Source of the DNA: the human T2T-CHM13v2.0 reference genome, Homo sapiens
Assembly (NCBI RefSeq): GCF_009914755.1
Contig: NC_060926.1
Reading direction: 5' to 3' (one strand)
Length of the DNA stretch: 64,000 bases
The notes under the pieces are model-generated. The model was not told the origin of the DNA, searched no databases, and saw nothing but the letters and a program-made list of their open reading frames with translations. This document shows positions 29,036 through 43,563 of this stretch, piece after piece (the stretch's first letter is position 1; each line of letters starts with the position of its first letter). The position numbers were made by a program, and so were the translations under genes.

Positions 29036-29179
29036 TGTATCAGTCTAGGTCCATTCAGCATCATATCAGCAATGTCAGAAACCAGCATGATGCTGTACAA
29101 TGAAAAGTTAATCAGATTCCTTAAAGATTATAATACAGGGCTGAGACTTCATTCATATATCTTTGTATTGTTTTAATCA

Positions 29180-29395
29180 AGGTATATTGCTAGCCTTTCT
29201 AGCTGAAACCAAAACACTTCTGATGGTAGAGAAAAAAAGACTCCATTTTTGAAAGCAAACATGTTTTATCCTGCATATATCTGGATTACCACAAATGAAT
29301 TTTCCATCCTTTAATGTTCTTTTTGTTAAAGTTAGGGGATTGATTGGGAAGGAGCAGGATCCTGAACATTAGAATAAAGACACTTGTGGGCCATG
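29180..29395 (+). mobile_element. ERVL internal (gag) fragment
   Basis: gttaaagttaggggattgattgggaaggagcaggatcctgaa matches recalled ERVL gttaaagtgagggcattgattgggaaagaatgggatcctgaa. Confidence 0.55.
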
Positions 29396-29809
29396 TGCCA
29401 GTAATTTAAGTATCTGATCTAATTATTTTTTCTCCAACTTATCTAGAACACTTAGAAACAACCAACCAGTCTTATTTTACATCTTGTTTTCAGTAAGCTG
29501 TTCTATAGCAGCAAATGCTTAGTCACCCAAAGCCTTTCCTTATATTGGTACTAAATTACAGATGTCTATGGATGATATTTATATACTTGTTTGCTGTGGC
29601 GTGCAATGTACTGCACTTACTACTAGGAAGAGTCATTAGTAACTAAATCTAAACAGTACAGAGAATCAATTCTATATAGGTAAATATCAGTTCTGGAGAC
29701 GCAGTCTTAAATTTCTGTTTATTTGGAACCACTCTTGGTTTAATTATATACATAAGAATTTGTTATAGGGATTGGTATATATACATAAATACATACACAT
29801 GTATATTTA

Positions 29810-32800
29810 AATGACAGTGAATGTCTCCTTGGAAACCATGGAGTCCAGAAAGAAGTGGCCCACTATTTTCTAAGTTTGGAAGGGAAAGAACTGTCAGGAA
29901 TTCTACATATGGAAAAAATATCTTTGAGGAATTAAGGGGAAATCAACACATTTTCAAAGGAGTAAAAACAGGCACATGTTAAAATAATGGTGAATGGTAT
30001 TCTAAACAGAAAATGAAAGATAGAAGAAATCTTAATATTAGGAAGGATTAAAGAACACAGCAAAAAATGGTTAATACAGTAGTCTTTCTACTCTTGAGTT
30101 TCTGAATTATGTTTAATGATTGGAGGAGAAAAATTATAAAATGATGTAATATAATTCTAAATATATGTAAGAGAAATATTTAAGGTAATTATATTATAAA
30201 TGAGGGAGGCTTAAGAGATATAAAGGAGGAAAAGTTCCTACATTTCACTTAAATTGGTAAAATAAGAGCACCAACAGATTGTGAAAAGTCATGTATATAA
30301 AATAAAATATTTAAAGGAATCAATAAAATATTATACAAAGAGATTGAAAAATATAAATACATCAAAATAGAATTCTAAAATGTCATTATATATAGAAAGG
30401 TCAGAAAAAGAAAACAGAAGAAGGAAAAATAGATCAGAATACATAGAAATAAAATGGTAAACAGAGACCCTAACCAAATTAACTGTAAACAGTCTTAATA
30501 CACTAAGTAAAATAAATTATCAGAGTAAATTAATGATGTGACTCAACTACATGTTGTTTACAAAAATTCGTTTCAAATATAATGTAAATGCGGGTTAAAA
30601 TAAGCAATGGAAAAAACATTTCATACAAATACTAATCAAAAACCAGCACTGGCTGCATTAATATCATATGAATTAGACCTCAAAGTAAAGAAACCTACAG
30701 GGACATAGAAAGGCATTATGTAGTAATAAAAGGGTCAATCCAACAAGAAGATATCATAATCCTATATGTATATGCACCAAACAAGATAACTACAAAATAT
30801 GCGTAGCAAACCTGATGGAACAGAGAGAAAAATCCACAGTTACAGTTAGAGACTTCAACACACCTGTCTTAACAGAACAACTGGAATAATCAACAACAAT
30901 ACAGAACTCAAGAACACCGTCATCCAACAGAATCTAATCAAATTTTATAGAATATTTCTGACAACAGCAGAATACACATTATTTTTCAGTGCCCACAGAA
31001 GGTATTCCAAGGTATACCACACTAATGGCCATAAAACAATACTTAACGAATTAAAAAAAATTGAAATCACACAAAGTGTTCACCAACTATGGGAACTGAA
31101 CAACATACTCCTAAATACTCTTTTGGTTAAAGTGAGTCTCAAGAAAATTAACAAAGTACATTGACTGAGTGGAAGTGAAAATACAACCCATTAAAACTTT
31201 TGAGATACACTAAAATAGTACTAATAGGGAAATTTAAAGCACAGACTATATACATTAGGAAAGAGAAGAAGTCTCAAACTAATAATCTAGTCTTCACCTC
31301 AAGAGCCTAGACAAATATCAAAATAAATCCAAAGCAAGCGAACAGAAGAAAATTATAAAGATAACAGCAGAAATCAATGAAAATGAAAACAGCAAAACAC
31401 TAGAAAAAAATCAATGAAACAATAAAATCATGGGAAAACAAAATCAATGAAACCAAGTGATATTTCTTTTTTTTTTTTAACTTTTATTTTAAGTTCATGG
31501 ATACAAGTGCAGGTCTGTTACATAGGTAAACTTGTGTCATGGAAGTTTATTGTACAGATTATTTTGTCACCCAGGTATTAAGCCTAGTATTCATTCATTG
31601 TTTTCCCTAATATTCTCCCTCCTGCCACCCTCTACCCTCCGAAAGGCCCCAGGGTGTGTTGTTCCCCTCTGTGTGTCCATACGTTCTCATCATTTAGCTC
31701 CCACTTATAAGTGAGCGCATGTAGTATTTGGCTTTCTGTTCCTATGTTATTTTGTTAAGGCTAATGGCCTCCAGCTCCAGCCATGTCCTTGCAAAGGACA
31801 TCATCTCATTCTTTTTTTGTGGCTGCATAGTATTCCATGGTGTATATGTACCACATTTTCTTTGTCAAGTCCATCATATATGGGCATTTAGGTTGATTTC
31901 ATGTCTTTGTTATTGTGAATAGTGCTGCAATTGAACATTCACGTGCATGTGTCTTTAAAATAGAATGTTTTATATTCCTCTGGGTATATACCCAGTAATG
32001 GGATTGCTAGATCAAATGGTATTTCTGTCTTTAGGTCTTTGAGTAATTGCCACATTGTCTTCTGCAATGGCAGAACTAATTTACAGTCCAACAGGATATA
32101 AGTGTTCCTTTTTCTCCACAACCTCGCCAGCATCTGTTATTTTTTTTACTTTTTAATAATAGCCATTCTGATTGATGTGAGGTGGTATCTCATTGTGATT
32201 TGGATTTGTATTTTTCTAATGATCAGTGATGTTGAACTTTTTTTCATTTGCTTGTTGGCTGCATGTATGTCTTCTCTTGAAAAGTTTCTTCTGTTCATGT
32301 TCTTTGCCCACATTTTTATGGAGCTGAAGCAAAGTGATACTTCAAAAAATTCAATATAATTAAAAAATCTCCAGAAAGATTTACAAATACAATAGGAGAG
32401 TAGACATAAATTATAAAAATCGGGGACAAAACAGGGAATATCATGACAGTTGCTGTGGGCATTAAAATAATAATAAAGGAACAACATTAATAACTGTACA
32501 CACATAAATTTGACAACTTAGAAGAAGTGGACCAAACAACACAAACTATCAGGATTCATCCAATATGTAATAGATAATTTATAGTTTTAAAACTTCCAAA
32601 AGTTAAATCTTCAGGCCCTTATTATTTCACTTGAGAGTGCTACCAAAAGCTTAAAATAGAATTAACACTAATTCTACACATATCTTTCAGAAAATAGAAG
32701 AAAATGCTTTTTATGAAGCTAATGTTATATTGATACCTAAACCAGACAAAGGCATTACAGTAAAAGGAAATTAGGGGCAGTATACCTCATGAATATAGGC

Positions 32801-34206
32801 AGAAAAGTTATTAACAAAACATTATCCAATAAAACTAAATCATATATAAAAATAGTTATACACTATAAGCAAATATGTTTTATTCCAGGGATCCAAGTAA
32901 GTTTCAATTTTTGTAAATCAATGTAATCAACACTATTAACAAGCTAAGAAAGATTACATGATTACATGTAATCTTTACATGATTACATGATTACATCAAT
33001 CAATCCAGAAAAAGTATTTGACAAAAAGTCAACATTCATTCATGATAAAAGTTCTCAGAAAAATAGAACTAGGGAAGAACACCTATTGAAAAAAAAAAAA
33101 ACCCTACAGCTTATATTTTACTTAATGCTGAAAGATTGAATGCTCTTCTTCTAAATATTGAGAACAAGGCAAGGATATTTGCTTTTATCACTGTTATTTA
33201 CACAGTGCTGGACATTCTAGCCACTGTAATAAGGCAAGAAAATAAAATAAAAACATATGTATCAGAAAGCAATAAATAAGACTATTCCTATTTACATATG
33301 ATATTATTTTCTACATAGGATATTCAAAGGAATCTACAAAAATACATCTAGAACTTATAAGTAAGAACTTATAAGTTCCACATATTCACAAAATATAGAT
33401 AAACATGCAAAAAATAAGCATATTTATATACTATCAATGAAGTGAACACAGAAAATTACAGTACCATTTACAATGGCTCAATAAGTGAAATATTTAGGTA
33501 TAAATCTAACAAAACTTGTACAAGATTTTTATGCTGAAAACTACATGATTCTGATGAAGGAAATCAAAGAAAATCTAAGTCTGAATAGAGATACCTTATT
33601 TATGGATTGGGAGACTCAACATAGTAAAGATAACATTTCTCCCCATATACAGGTTTATGCAATCCCAATCAAAATTCCAGAAAGACTTTTTCTGTAGGTA
33701 TAGACAAGAATATTCTAAAGTGTACAGAGAAATGCAAAAGAAAAGAATTCCTAAAACAATTTTGAAAAGGAAGCATAAAGTAGTAGGAATACTATATAGT
33801 CTTGCCTTGTTTATGGTTGAAACTCTGTGATATTGGTGGAGGGAACAGATATATAGGTCAACAGAACAGAACGGAGAACAGAGAAATAGACCTACATAAA
33901 TATGCCCAACTAATTTTTGACAAATGTGCAAAGCAACTCAGTGGAAAAAAGATAGCCTTTTCAACAAACGATACTGGAGTAATTAGAAATCCATAGGTAA
34001 AGGGAGAGGGATGAGAGAGAGAGAGAAACTTGACCTCAGTTTTCTTCATTTTACAAAAATGAAGTTCTTTTGGTGATGGATATGTTTAGTATCTTGGTTG
34101 TGATGATACCATCATGGCTGTAAGCATGTGTCCAAACTCATCTAGATGTACATATTAAATGTTTGCAATTTTTCACCTATCAATTATACCTCAATAAAGT
34201 TAAAGA
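29810..34206 (+). mobile_element. L1MC/MD-like element: ORF1 end, ORF2, internal deletion, 3' terminus
   Basis: gaaaccatggagtccagaaagaagtgg (ORF1), MKYLGINLTKLVQDFY (ORF2), 3' end ggtgatggatatgtt...caattatacctcaataaag. Confidence 0.85.
31467..32323 (-). mobile_element. 5'-truncated L1PA11-13-like, nested in older L1
   Basis: T tail, ttacataggtaaacttgtgtcatgg 3'UTR, ORF2 C-terminus; 12-bp TSD aagtgata(t/c)ttc at 31455-31466 and 32332-32343. Confidence 0.9.
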
Positions 34207-35147
34207 AACCAAAATTAACCCTTTCCATTCTTTGTTCTCCTTTTCTTTCCTTACTTGCTGCTTTCCCCTCTCCCTACATTTTTGCTTCATGTTCATTTTC
34301 CCTTCCCTTCTGCTCTCCTTCCTCTTCCTTTTCTTCTACATCTCTACTCCCTCTTTGTTACATTGTTTAATTTTCATTTTATTCCTTTTTTTATTTGTAC
34401 AAAACTATTTGGAGACACTTATAAGATCAAACATAATGCAAAATAAGAGTATTAGTGATACAAAAATTAGACATTAAGTGAAACAATACAATTAAATTAT
34501 ATTTGTCACTCCTTATGAATTGAAGTGTTTGATATCATTTAAAAATGTCTCTATATGGGACATATGAAGCGAGTTATTCTTTTTCTGTATCTTTTTTTCT
34601 TTTGTAAACATTTTTTTGTTTTGTTGTAAAAATGGCTTTATAAAAGGACTTTTATAAGCCCCCCAAAAAATGTCTCTAAAGTTTCTGGGTAACTATAAAA
34701 AGAAAACAGTTTTCATTATGTAAGAAATTAAAACAGGTCTTAGTATGTAAAAAAACTTTTTCCCTGAAACTAACTTGGCAGAATAATTTTGTGTTGGTTA
34801 GGGTTTGAGAAACACTATACAGTGAAATAGACTCTGCTTTAAAAAAAAAAAAAAACTTTCGGATGAAGCTTTTCTCTAGGCAATAGAGAAAACTTTATCA
34901 TCATTAGCATTAGGTTTAACATTTGTCACTAACATATTTTAGGATCTTCCCTGGATTATTCATTCCTTTAGCCTCAACTGTGTGGAATGCACTGTACTGA
35001 GTATACTTACACGTTTACTGCAGCTGCCTTGGCATTAACTCTGCAATTCCCAGTATCAAGGAACTTTCCAAGTATCTTGTATTCACAGTGCTGTGAGAAT
35101 CCTGTTGAAAATGACCTTCTGTGTTCTTTACTGCTAGGGTGCTACCA

Positions 35148-35300
35148 TAGTCTTACTACTCAAACAGCAGTCTGAGAATCAGAAGCAGGCATCACAGAGC
35201 TTACTTAACATGAAGAGTCTCAGACTCCACACTAGACCTACTACTTCATACTGTGCAGTTTAACAAAATCTCCAGGTAATTCAAATGTACATTAAAGTTT
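35148..35300. mobile_element. MER5-type hAT-Charlie DNA transposon
   Basis: tactcaaa...agacctact...tttaacaaaatctccaggtaattcaaatgtacattaaagttt. Confidence 0.7.
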
Positions 35301-36599
35301 TTGTGCATGTGTGGAGACTCATTATAAGGGGCAGACTCACATGTTGCCAGGTTAGTAATTAGTGACCCCCTCTTGGCTAGACTATTGTGAGGACAGAACA
35401 AAACACTGTTTTATAAAAGCCTGCATCCAGGTATAAAGAAAGAAGTTTAAAGTAAAAACATTGTAAGTAACTTTATAGTGAGAAAAATTATTTTTGGAGA
35501 TAATAGACGCTTGAAATTGTATTTGTGTCATAGTCAGTCATATAAATCTACCTGTGAATTTTTTGCATTTAGAATGAAAATAGAGTTCAAGGATATTATA
35601 CACTCATAATAAAGCCACATTCTACTGTTTAAAGAATTAAAGAATGGGTGAAGTTTTCATCCAGGCAAGGTAGGTGTTTTATCACTAATATTAGTACTAA
35701 CATGTATCACTAATATGCATTTTTAAGATTTTTCCTGAACTAGTCCTTTCGTTAGTGCTAAGTGTAGAAATACATGGCAGTTTGGCTTTCATTGGCCATG
35801 TTACAGAGCAAATTTAGGTCTGTATTATATGTATCACTTTAAAGTATGGAATAACATAAAAGCCCTACCTTTTTAACTGATACTTGAAGGCACTATTTCT
35901 AAAATACCATTTTCCAATGCTTTGAAATTTATTTTCTTCTTCAGTAAGAAGAAAATTTCTGTTTTCCTGAATGATTACTGGTGAAAAGGGCAGAAAAAGA
36001 GCTAGAGTCAGAGTAACAAGGCCCTACTTACTTTACTTGACTTCACTTATTTGCTGGGTAGTACAAGAGTTACATAATTTTGATTTTGATTCTTTGTTTC
36101 TTCACCTGCAAAATGAGATAATTATTAAGAATAAAAGAAGAGCTAATTTTGTATGAATAATAAATATACCAATACACAGTATTATTTCCGCCATCATTTT
36201 GTTTGGAAACCCAGCATTACATGGTATATTTTTAATTTTTTACGATTGTATATAAGTGGAGGGGATCAATAATTATAAAAATGGTTTTGACTACTTCATT
36301 TAAAAGTCACGTATAAAAAGTAGAAAATATATATATTATATTTCCTGCTGTGCAATCTTAGGGAATTGTGGTATAATCTGTAAGGTTTTGATTTTGCAGC
36401 TGTGTTCATTAAGATAACTTTGGACTAAGTCTCGGAAAAAAATTATTGTTGCCAGGAAATCCATCACTAAAGTTTTTAAGTTTCACTAAATTTTCCAGTA
36501 TTGGATTTCTCAAACAGTCAGATCAAATCTTTTCATTATAGCACATACTTAAAAAGAAAAAAAAAAAAAAACCCTTGACAAAGTATGAAGCTTATTACT

Positions 36600-37010
36600 T
36601 CACACTTGAGGCGTCTCATCCATCTTCAAACTGCTTGCCATGATCCATCAGCTATAATCACCAATTAGATTAATCTTGTTTAAGCTTTGGTTCATTATGT
36701 TTTTGTTCACCATTTCTTGCCCTGAAACACTGGATGACCCTGCACCTTCTACTAAATTAAGGTCAAATTCCTTAATCTGGTGATCACAGTCTTCTAAACT
36801 ATGAATAACCACTCTGTAGCTTTATTATGTATTTCCATGGAATTGGGAGTCTCTATCCCAGCTGTCCTAAGCTTCTTACACTTTCCCTAAACACACATTA
36901 GGCTTTTCTTCTTTTAATGACTCTACAGCTTGTGATTAACACACTTCTCTACCATCTTAGTCTATCAGACGTATTTATTTCAAGGCTCATCTTACATGTC
37001 TAGAGTAAAC
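36600..37010 (+). mobile_element. L2 fragment
   Basis: ctcatccatcttcaaactgc...ggtcaaattccttaatctgg...ttcaaggctcatct. Confidence 0.5.
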
Positions 37011-37427
37011 ATAAATTTAGATTTTCAAGAGAGTCTATTCTATATATGTTTTAATGGGAGTCATAATTAATAAGATTCCTTTAACCCTCAAGAGTATTTC
37101 ATCAAGTGGTCGTGAATTCAGTCATCCTGATGATCTCAAATACTTTAGTAGCAAGAAAATCTATTGTGGTATAAAGCCTTACCCATAATGGAAAGACAAC
37201 AATTGTTTGAAAACAAGTAAAGCAGGGGAGGATAGTGTAGAGGAAGTAATAATACAAGAGGGGTGCCAACAAATATGAGATTAACCTTGGTAAAGAAAGA
37301 CTATACCGGAAATGACTCTTTGTTTATGGCAGAAAAGAAAAATAAGTTAGCAAATTAAAAAATAGTATATGCAAAGCTGCTTATTAAAAGCTTGTATAGT
37401 TCAAAATGATTGCTTACATTGTTATTT

Positions 37428-38816
<1,389 letters not shown>

Positions 38817-38944
38817 TACATTTTTATTTAATGATACCATGCTTTTAATGTTCACTTAATGTAGTTATAAATGACAAATTGACAATGTTATTTTTTTAAA
38901 AATGTGAAATACGAAAAGAAAATGATGGTAGAAATGGATAATAC

Positions 38945-39185
38945 AGAGTAGTAATTTGGAGAATAGACTCTGAAAGCAGACTGTCTAGGTCAGAGTCCTG
39001 CCTTTTCTTCTTAATAGCTATATCATTTTGCCAAGTTTTCTAACCTCAGTTTCTTCATTGTCTTGGTTTCCTCATTGTGAAATGGAGGTGACATATCGGT
39101 GCCTACCTAATAGAATAATTATGAGATCTCACTTAGTATAATGCTTGGGAATCAGTGAGCCATGTATTAGTAATTGTCAATAAAA
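38945..39185 (+). mobile_element. MIR
   Basis: agactctgaaagcagactgtctagg...ggtttcctcattgtgaaatgga...gtgcctacctaatag. Confidence 0.75.
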
Positions 39186-39559
39186 TAATTATATTTAAGT
39201 TGAAGAACAGATTTGAATGGAAAAGGTACTAAACACATTCTATTACTTCTTGCTAATCTGACTGATAAAAAGATATTGTGCCAGCTATGCTTTTTCCATA
39301 TGATGAGATTCATATACATAAAGCACTGTTTATGTAGGTAGCTTGTTTAGGTATTTAGGTAGCTATTTAAGTACCTTAATTTAAGTTGGTCATAGCACTT
39401 ATGAGGAAAAAAAATAGCAAGGAGAAATTTGTGATTACTGCCATTGGTTGAACAACTAATTTTTTTAGACAAAACATATCTTCAATCCGCCATCATTCTT
39501 AAATTGTAACTATACATAAAGGTTATGTTCTGTATGTGCTTCTTTCTACATTTTATTTA

Positions 39560-39860
39560 TTTATTTATTTTTTGAGACGGAGTCTCTCTCTTTCGCCCAG
39601 GCTGGAGTGCAGTGGCGCATCTCGGCTCACTGCAAGCTCTGCCTCCCGGGTTCACGCCATTCTCCTGCGTCAGCCTCCCAAGTAGGTGGGACTACAGTCG
39701 CCCGCCACTACGCCTGGGTAATTTTTTGTATTTTTTTTTTTTAGTAGAGATGGGGTTTCACCATGTTAGCCAGGATGGTCTCGATCTCCTAACCTCATGA
39801 TCCACCCACCTCGGCTTCCCAAAGTGCTGGGATTACAGGCATGAGCCGCCGTGCCCTGCC
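39560..39860 (-). mobile_element. AluY
   Basis: gcaagctctgcctcccgggttcacgccattc, gttagccaggatggtctcgatc; 15-bp TSD tctacatt(t/a)tattta at 39545-39559 and 39861-39875. Confidence 0.95.
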
Positions 39861-41246
39861 TCTACATTATATTTAAGTCATTGGAAGAATATTAAATGTG
39901 GAGTGCATATTTGATTTGCTTTGACAAAAAAGTAGGCTTTGTGCACCTCCGTTTTATATATTTATGTAGATTATCAAGGCAAATAAATTTAAGATTCTTG
40001 ATCTATTGAATTTAAGATGGGACTGGTGTTTGGAAGCATACATTTACATGTCAAGTGCTTCCTCAAAATGTTTGGAAATATTTTAAAAATTGTTTGCTGT
40101 GGATTCAAATGCAAAATTATGGCAGAAAAGTGTCATTCCACAGATGAACAGATCATAGTTTAATGTCAACAAAGAGTTTAAAACAATGAGACTTTTTAAG
40201 GAATCATAATTCAGATATTAAAAACTAACACCAGGATTAACAGCACGGAATTTCAAAGTTATGCTATAAAAAGAGATCAGTGTCTATCTTGTGGTATATT
40301 TATCATACAGGTTCAAATTCAGTTCTGTACCGCCTACTTAAATGATGCCTATGTTTCAGTTATCTCATCCATAACAGTACCCTTTCACAGTAGATTTTTT
40401 TGGTGTGTAGATTAAAATGTTAATGTATTAAGGAAGTTAATGTATGTAATCTTTCTTTCACATCTGGAAAATTTCCTGTTCACCCACAGTATATCATCTT
40501 AAAATGTTTCTAAAAGAATTTTTTTGTGTATTTTAAATAATTTAATTTTTCTGGCTTTGCTACATGGGCAATCCTGTGTCTCAGCATTTTCTTAAGTGTA
40601 ATATACTTTGTAAATCTCTTAAACCTCTTCAGGAGGGGAAGTTATCATATTTAGTACAACACCGTCCCCGGTTTCTGGTTTCCTCATATCACTAATATAA
40701 GACTATGTCTCTTTTCCAAATACAATATGTTGTGCTACCTTTAAAAAATAGAAACCAAAGAAAATGGGATAGGATCCTTTATTTTCCTCTGCAATGAGTG
40801 AGGAATCTTCCCATCATCACTAAAAACCTGGAAATAGGCTGATAGACAGGAACTCTAGTGTGAGGAGTATTCATTAAGGTTTCTTTTATAGTTTGTTAAC
40901 ATTTCCTGTCCAGAAATCAATTTAATATGCTTTGAACCAGGAGGTTCGCAGTTCAGGTCTTTTTCCTGAGGATAATAGCTAGCTATAGAATAATAGGCAA
41001 ATGCTACTGTGTTGTCAGTTTCACGTTGGCATGCTTTGAGATACAAGACATTGCCTCTGGCATAGTTTTATTCTTTATTGGCATTCACTGGGATCTTTAT
41101 CAAATTCTTGTTTCTATATCGAGTCTGCATCTCCTTCATGGTACCTCCTTATCCAGTCCTCCACACTTCCCTTTTTTCAGAAGGTCTTTACTTCCTTCTG
41201 TAGGGAAAGGGTGGAGAAGGAGAAATTGTAAATGCTCTTTTGTGCT

Positions 41247-41333
41247 CTTGTGAGGACAGATTGGTCTTCTTACACCTTGTAAGGACAGATGGGTCCTCCT
41301 ATGCCTTGTGAGGACAGGTTGGTCCTCTTATGC
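41247..41333. repeat. 29-bp x3 tandem repeat
   Basis: cttgtgaggacagattggtcttcttacac / cttgtaaggacagatgggtcctcctatgc / cttgtgaggacaggttggtcctcttatgc. Confidence 0.95.
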
Positions 41334-41439
41334 CTGGAAATAGTATGCTGTCGTTTCTCCCCTCTAAGCTCTCATACAGTGTTCTTGCAGGGAAATACTC
41401 CAACTCAGTGGCATACAACAATACACTTGCATGACTCTG

Positions 41440-41775
41440 GGTGGTGGCTGTTCAGCTTATGGTTTCCATTGGGAGTGACTCTGAGTTTTGGATTGGATCT
41501 ATGTCTGCTCCACCTTGAACTAGTGGCTACCCAAAGCATGTGCTTACAGAGAAAAATGGAGCTGAAAGAGGAGAAAAACATCCATGCAAACACATTTTAA
41601 ACCTTGTTCACATCACGTCACTAATATCTCATTTGTCAAAGTAAGTCACAAGACCACACCCAAATTCCAGAGAATAGAACTATACTGTGCCCACCATGAG
41701 AGAATTACCAAGAGATAGATTTATAGTACTACTACAGAGAAGGGAAAAATTAGGTCTAATAATTCAAACTATCAG
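41440..41775 (-). mobile_element. MLT1H-like LTR
   Basis: catgcaaacacattttaaacc...tttgtcaaagtaagtcacaagacc...tatactgtgcccaccatga. Confidence 0.65.
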
Positions 41776-41999
41776 AGAGAGATAAAGATAAAACTTCACT
41801 CAGCAATGTATCCCTAATTATATTAAAATATCATATTTTCTTTCATATTGTGTCTTTTTTTTCTGGAACAGCAGAAACCAAAGTCTAGTCAAAACAAGGA
41901 GAAAAATGATGGAATAAATAAAGGCATTTCAGGGAAAATATAGTTTAGCCAAAGTACAAGATCAAAAATATAGATTCCGCCATGCATTTTAGGTTTTTT

Positions 42000-43563
42000 A
42001 CTTTATTTTATTTTTCTTCTTTAACTTTTATTTTAGGTTCAGGGGTACATGTGCATGTTTGTTACATGAGTAAATTGCATATCACTGGCATTTGGAGTAC
42101 AAATTACTTTGTACTACCTGTACATAACTACTACCTGTACACGGGTAGTGAGCATAATACCTGACAGGTAGTTTTTCCATCCCCACTTCTTCCCACCCCC
42201 AACCCTTAAGTAGGCCCTGGTGTCTACTCTTCCCCTCTTGTGTCCATGTATACTCATGTTTAGCTCTCCCTTACAAGTGAGAACATGAGGTATTTGGTTT
42301 TCTGTTCCTGCATTAATTTGCTTAGGATAATGAACTCCAGCTGCATCTGTGTTGCTGCAGATTGAAGAACATGGTTTTGTTCTTATTTATGGCTACATAA
42401 TAGTCCACGGTGTATATGTACCACATTTTCTTCATTCAGTCCACCATCGATGGGTATCTAGATTGATTCTATGTCTTTGCTATTATGAATAGTGCTGTGA
42501 TGAACTTATATGTGTCTTTTCTGGTAGAATGATTTATATTCTTTTGTGTATATACCCAGGAACAGGATTGCTAGGTCTAATGGTAGTTTTGTTTTAAGGT
42601 CTTTGAGAAATCTCCAAAACTGATTTCCACAGTGTCTGAACTAATTTACATTCCCACTAGCAGTGTATAAGCGTTCCCTTTTCTCTGCAACCTCTCCAAT
42701 ATCTATTATTTTTTGACATTTAATAATAGTCATTCTGATTAGTGCAAGATGGTATCTCTTTAGGGTTTTGATTTTCATTTCTATGATGATTAGTGATGTT
42801 GAACATTATTTTCATGTGCTTTTTGGCCACCTGTATGTCTTCTTTGGAGAAGTGTTTATGTCCTTTACCTATTTTCTAATGAGGTTGTTTTCTTTTTGCT
42901 TGTTGAATTAAGTTCCTCATAGATTCTGGATATTAGAACTTTGTCAGATGCATAGTTTGCAAATATTTCTTCCCATTCTGCTTTTCATAGAATTAGAAAA
43001 AAAAACTATTTTAAAGTTCGTAGGGAACCAAAAGAGAGTCCAAATAGCCCAAGCAATCCTAAGCAAAAAGAAGAAAACTGGAGGCATCACACTTCCTGAC
43101 TTCAAACTACACTACAAGGCTACAGTAACAAGGACAGCTTGGTACTGGTACAAAGACTGACACATAGAGCAATGGACTAGGTTAAGAATCCAGAAATAAA
43201 GCTTCACACAAACAACCATCTGATCTTTGACAAAGTTGACAATAACAAGCAATGGGAAAAAGACTCCCAATTCAATAAATAATGTTGGGATAACTGGTTG
43301 GCCAGTTCAATATGTGGAAGATTGAAACTGGACCCCTTCATTTCACCATATACAAAAATCAACTCAAGATATAGTAATGACTTAAATATAAGCCCTAAAA
43401 CTCAAAAAACTCTAGAAGAAAATACCATTCTGGACATAGGTCTTGGCAAGATTTCATGATGAAGTCTCCAATAGCAATCGCTACGAAAACAAAACCAGAC
43501 AACTGAGGCTTAATTAAACTAAAGAGCTTCTGCATAGCAAAAGAAACTATGAACAGAGTAAAC
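42000..43563 (-). mobile_element. L1PA15/16-like, 5'-truncated with inversion (minus 42000-42980, plus 42981-43563)
   Basis: 3'UTR ttaggttcaggggtacatgtgca; switch at 42980/42981 to ORF2 sense [24 protein letters not shown]; the two parts are nearly adjacent in L1; TSD not clear. Confidence 0.88.

Noticed and set aside
41247-41333. CRISPR-like array
   Set aside because: Head-to-tail units with no unique spacers, in a mammalian context
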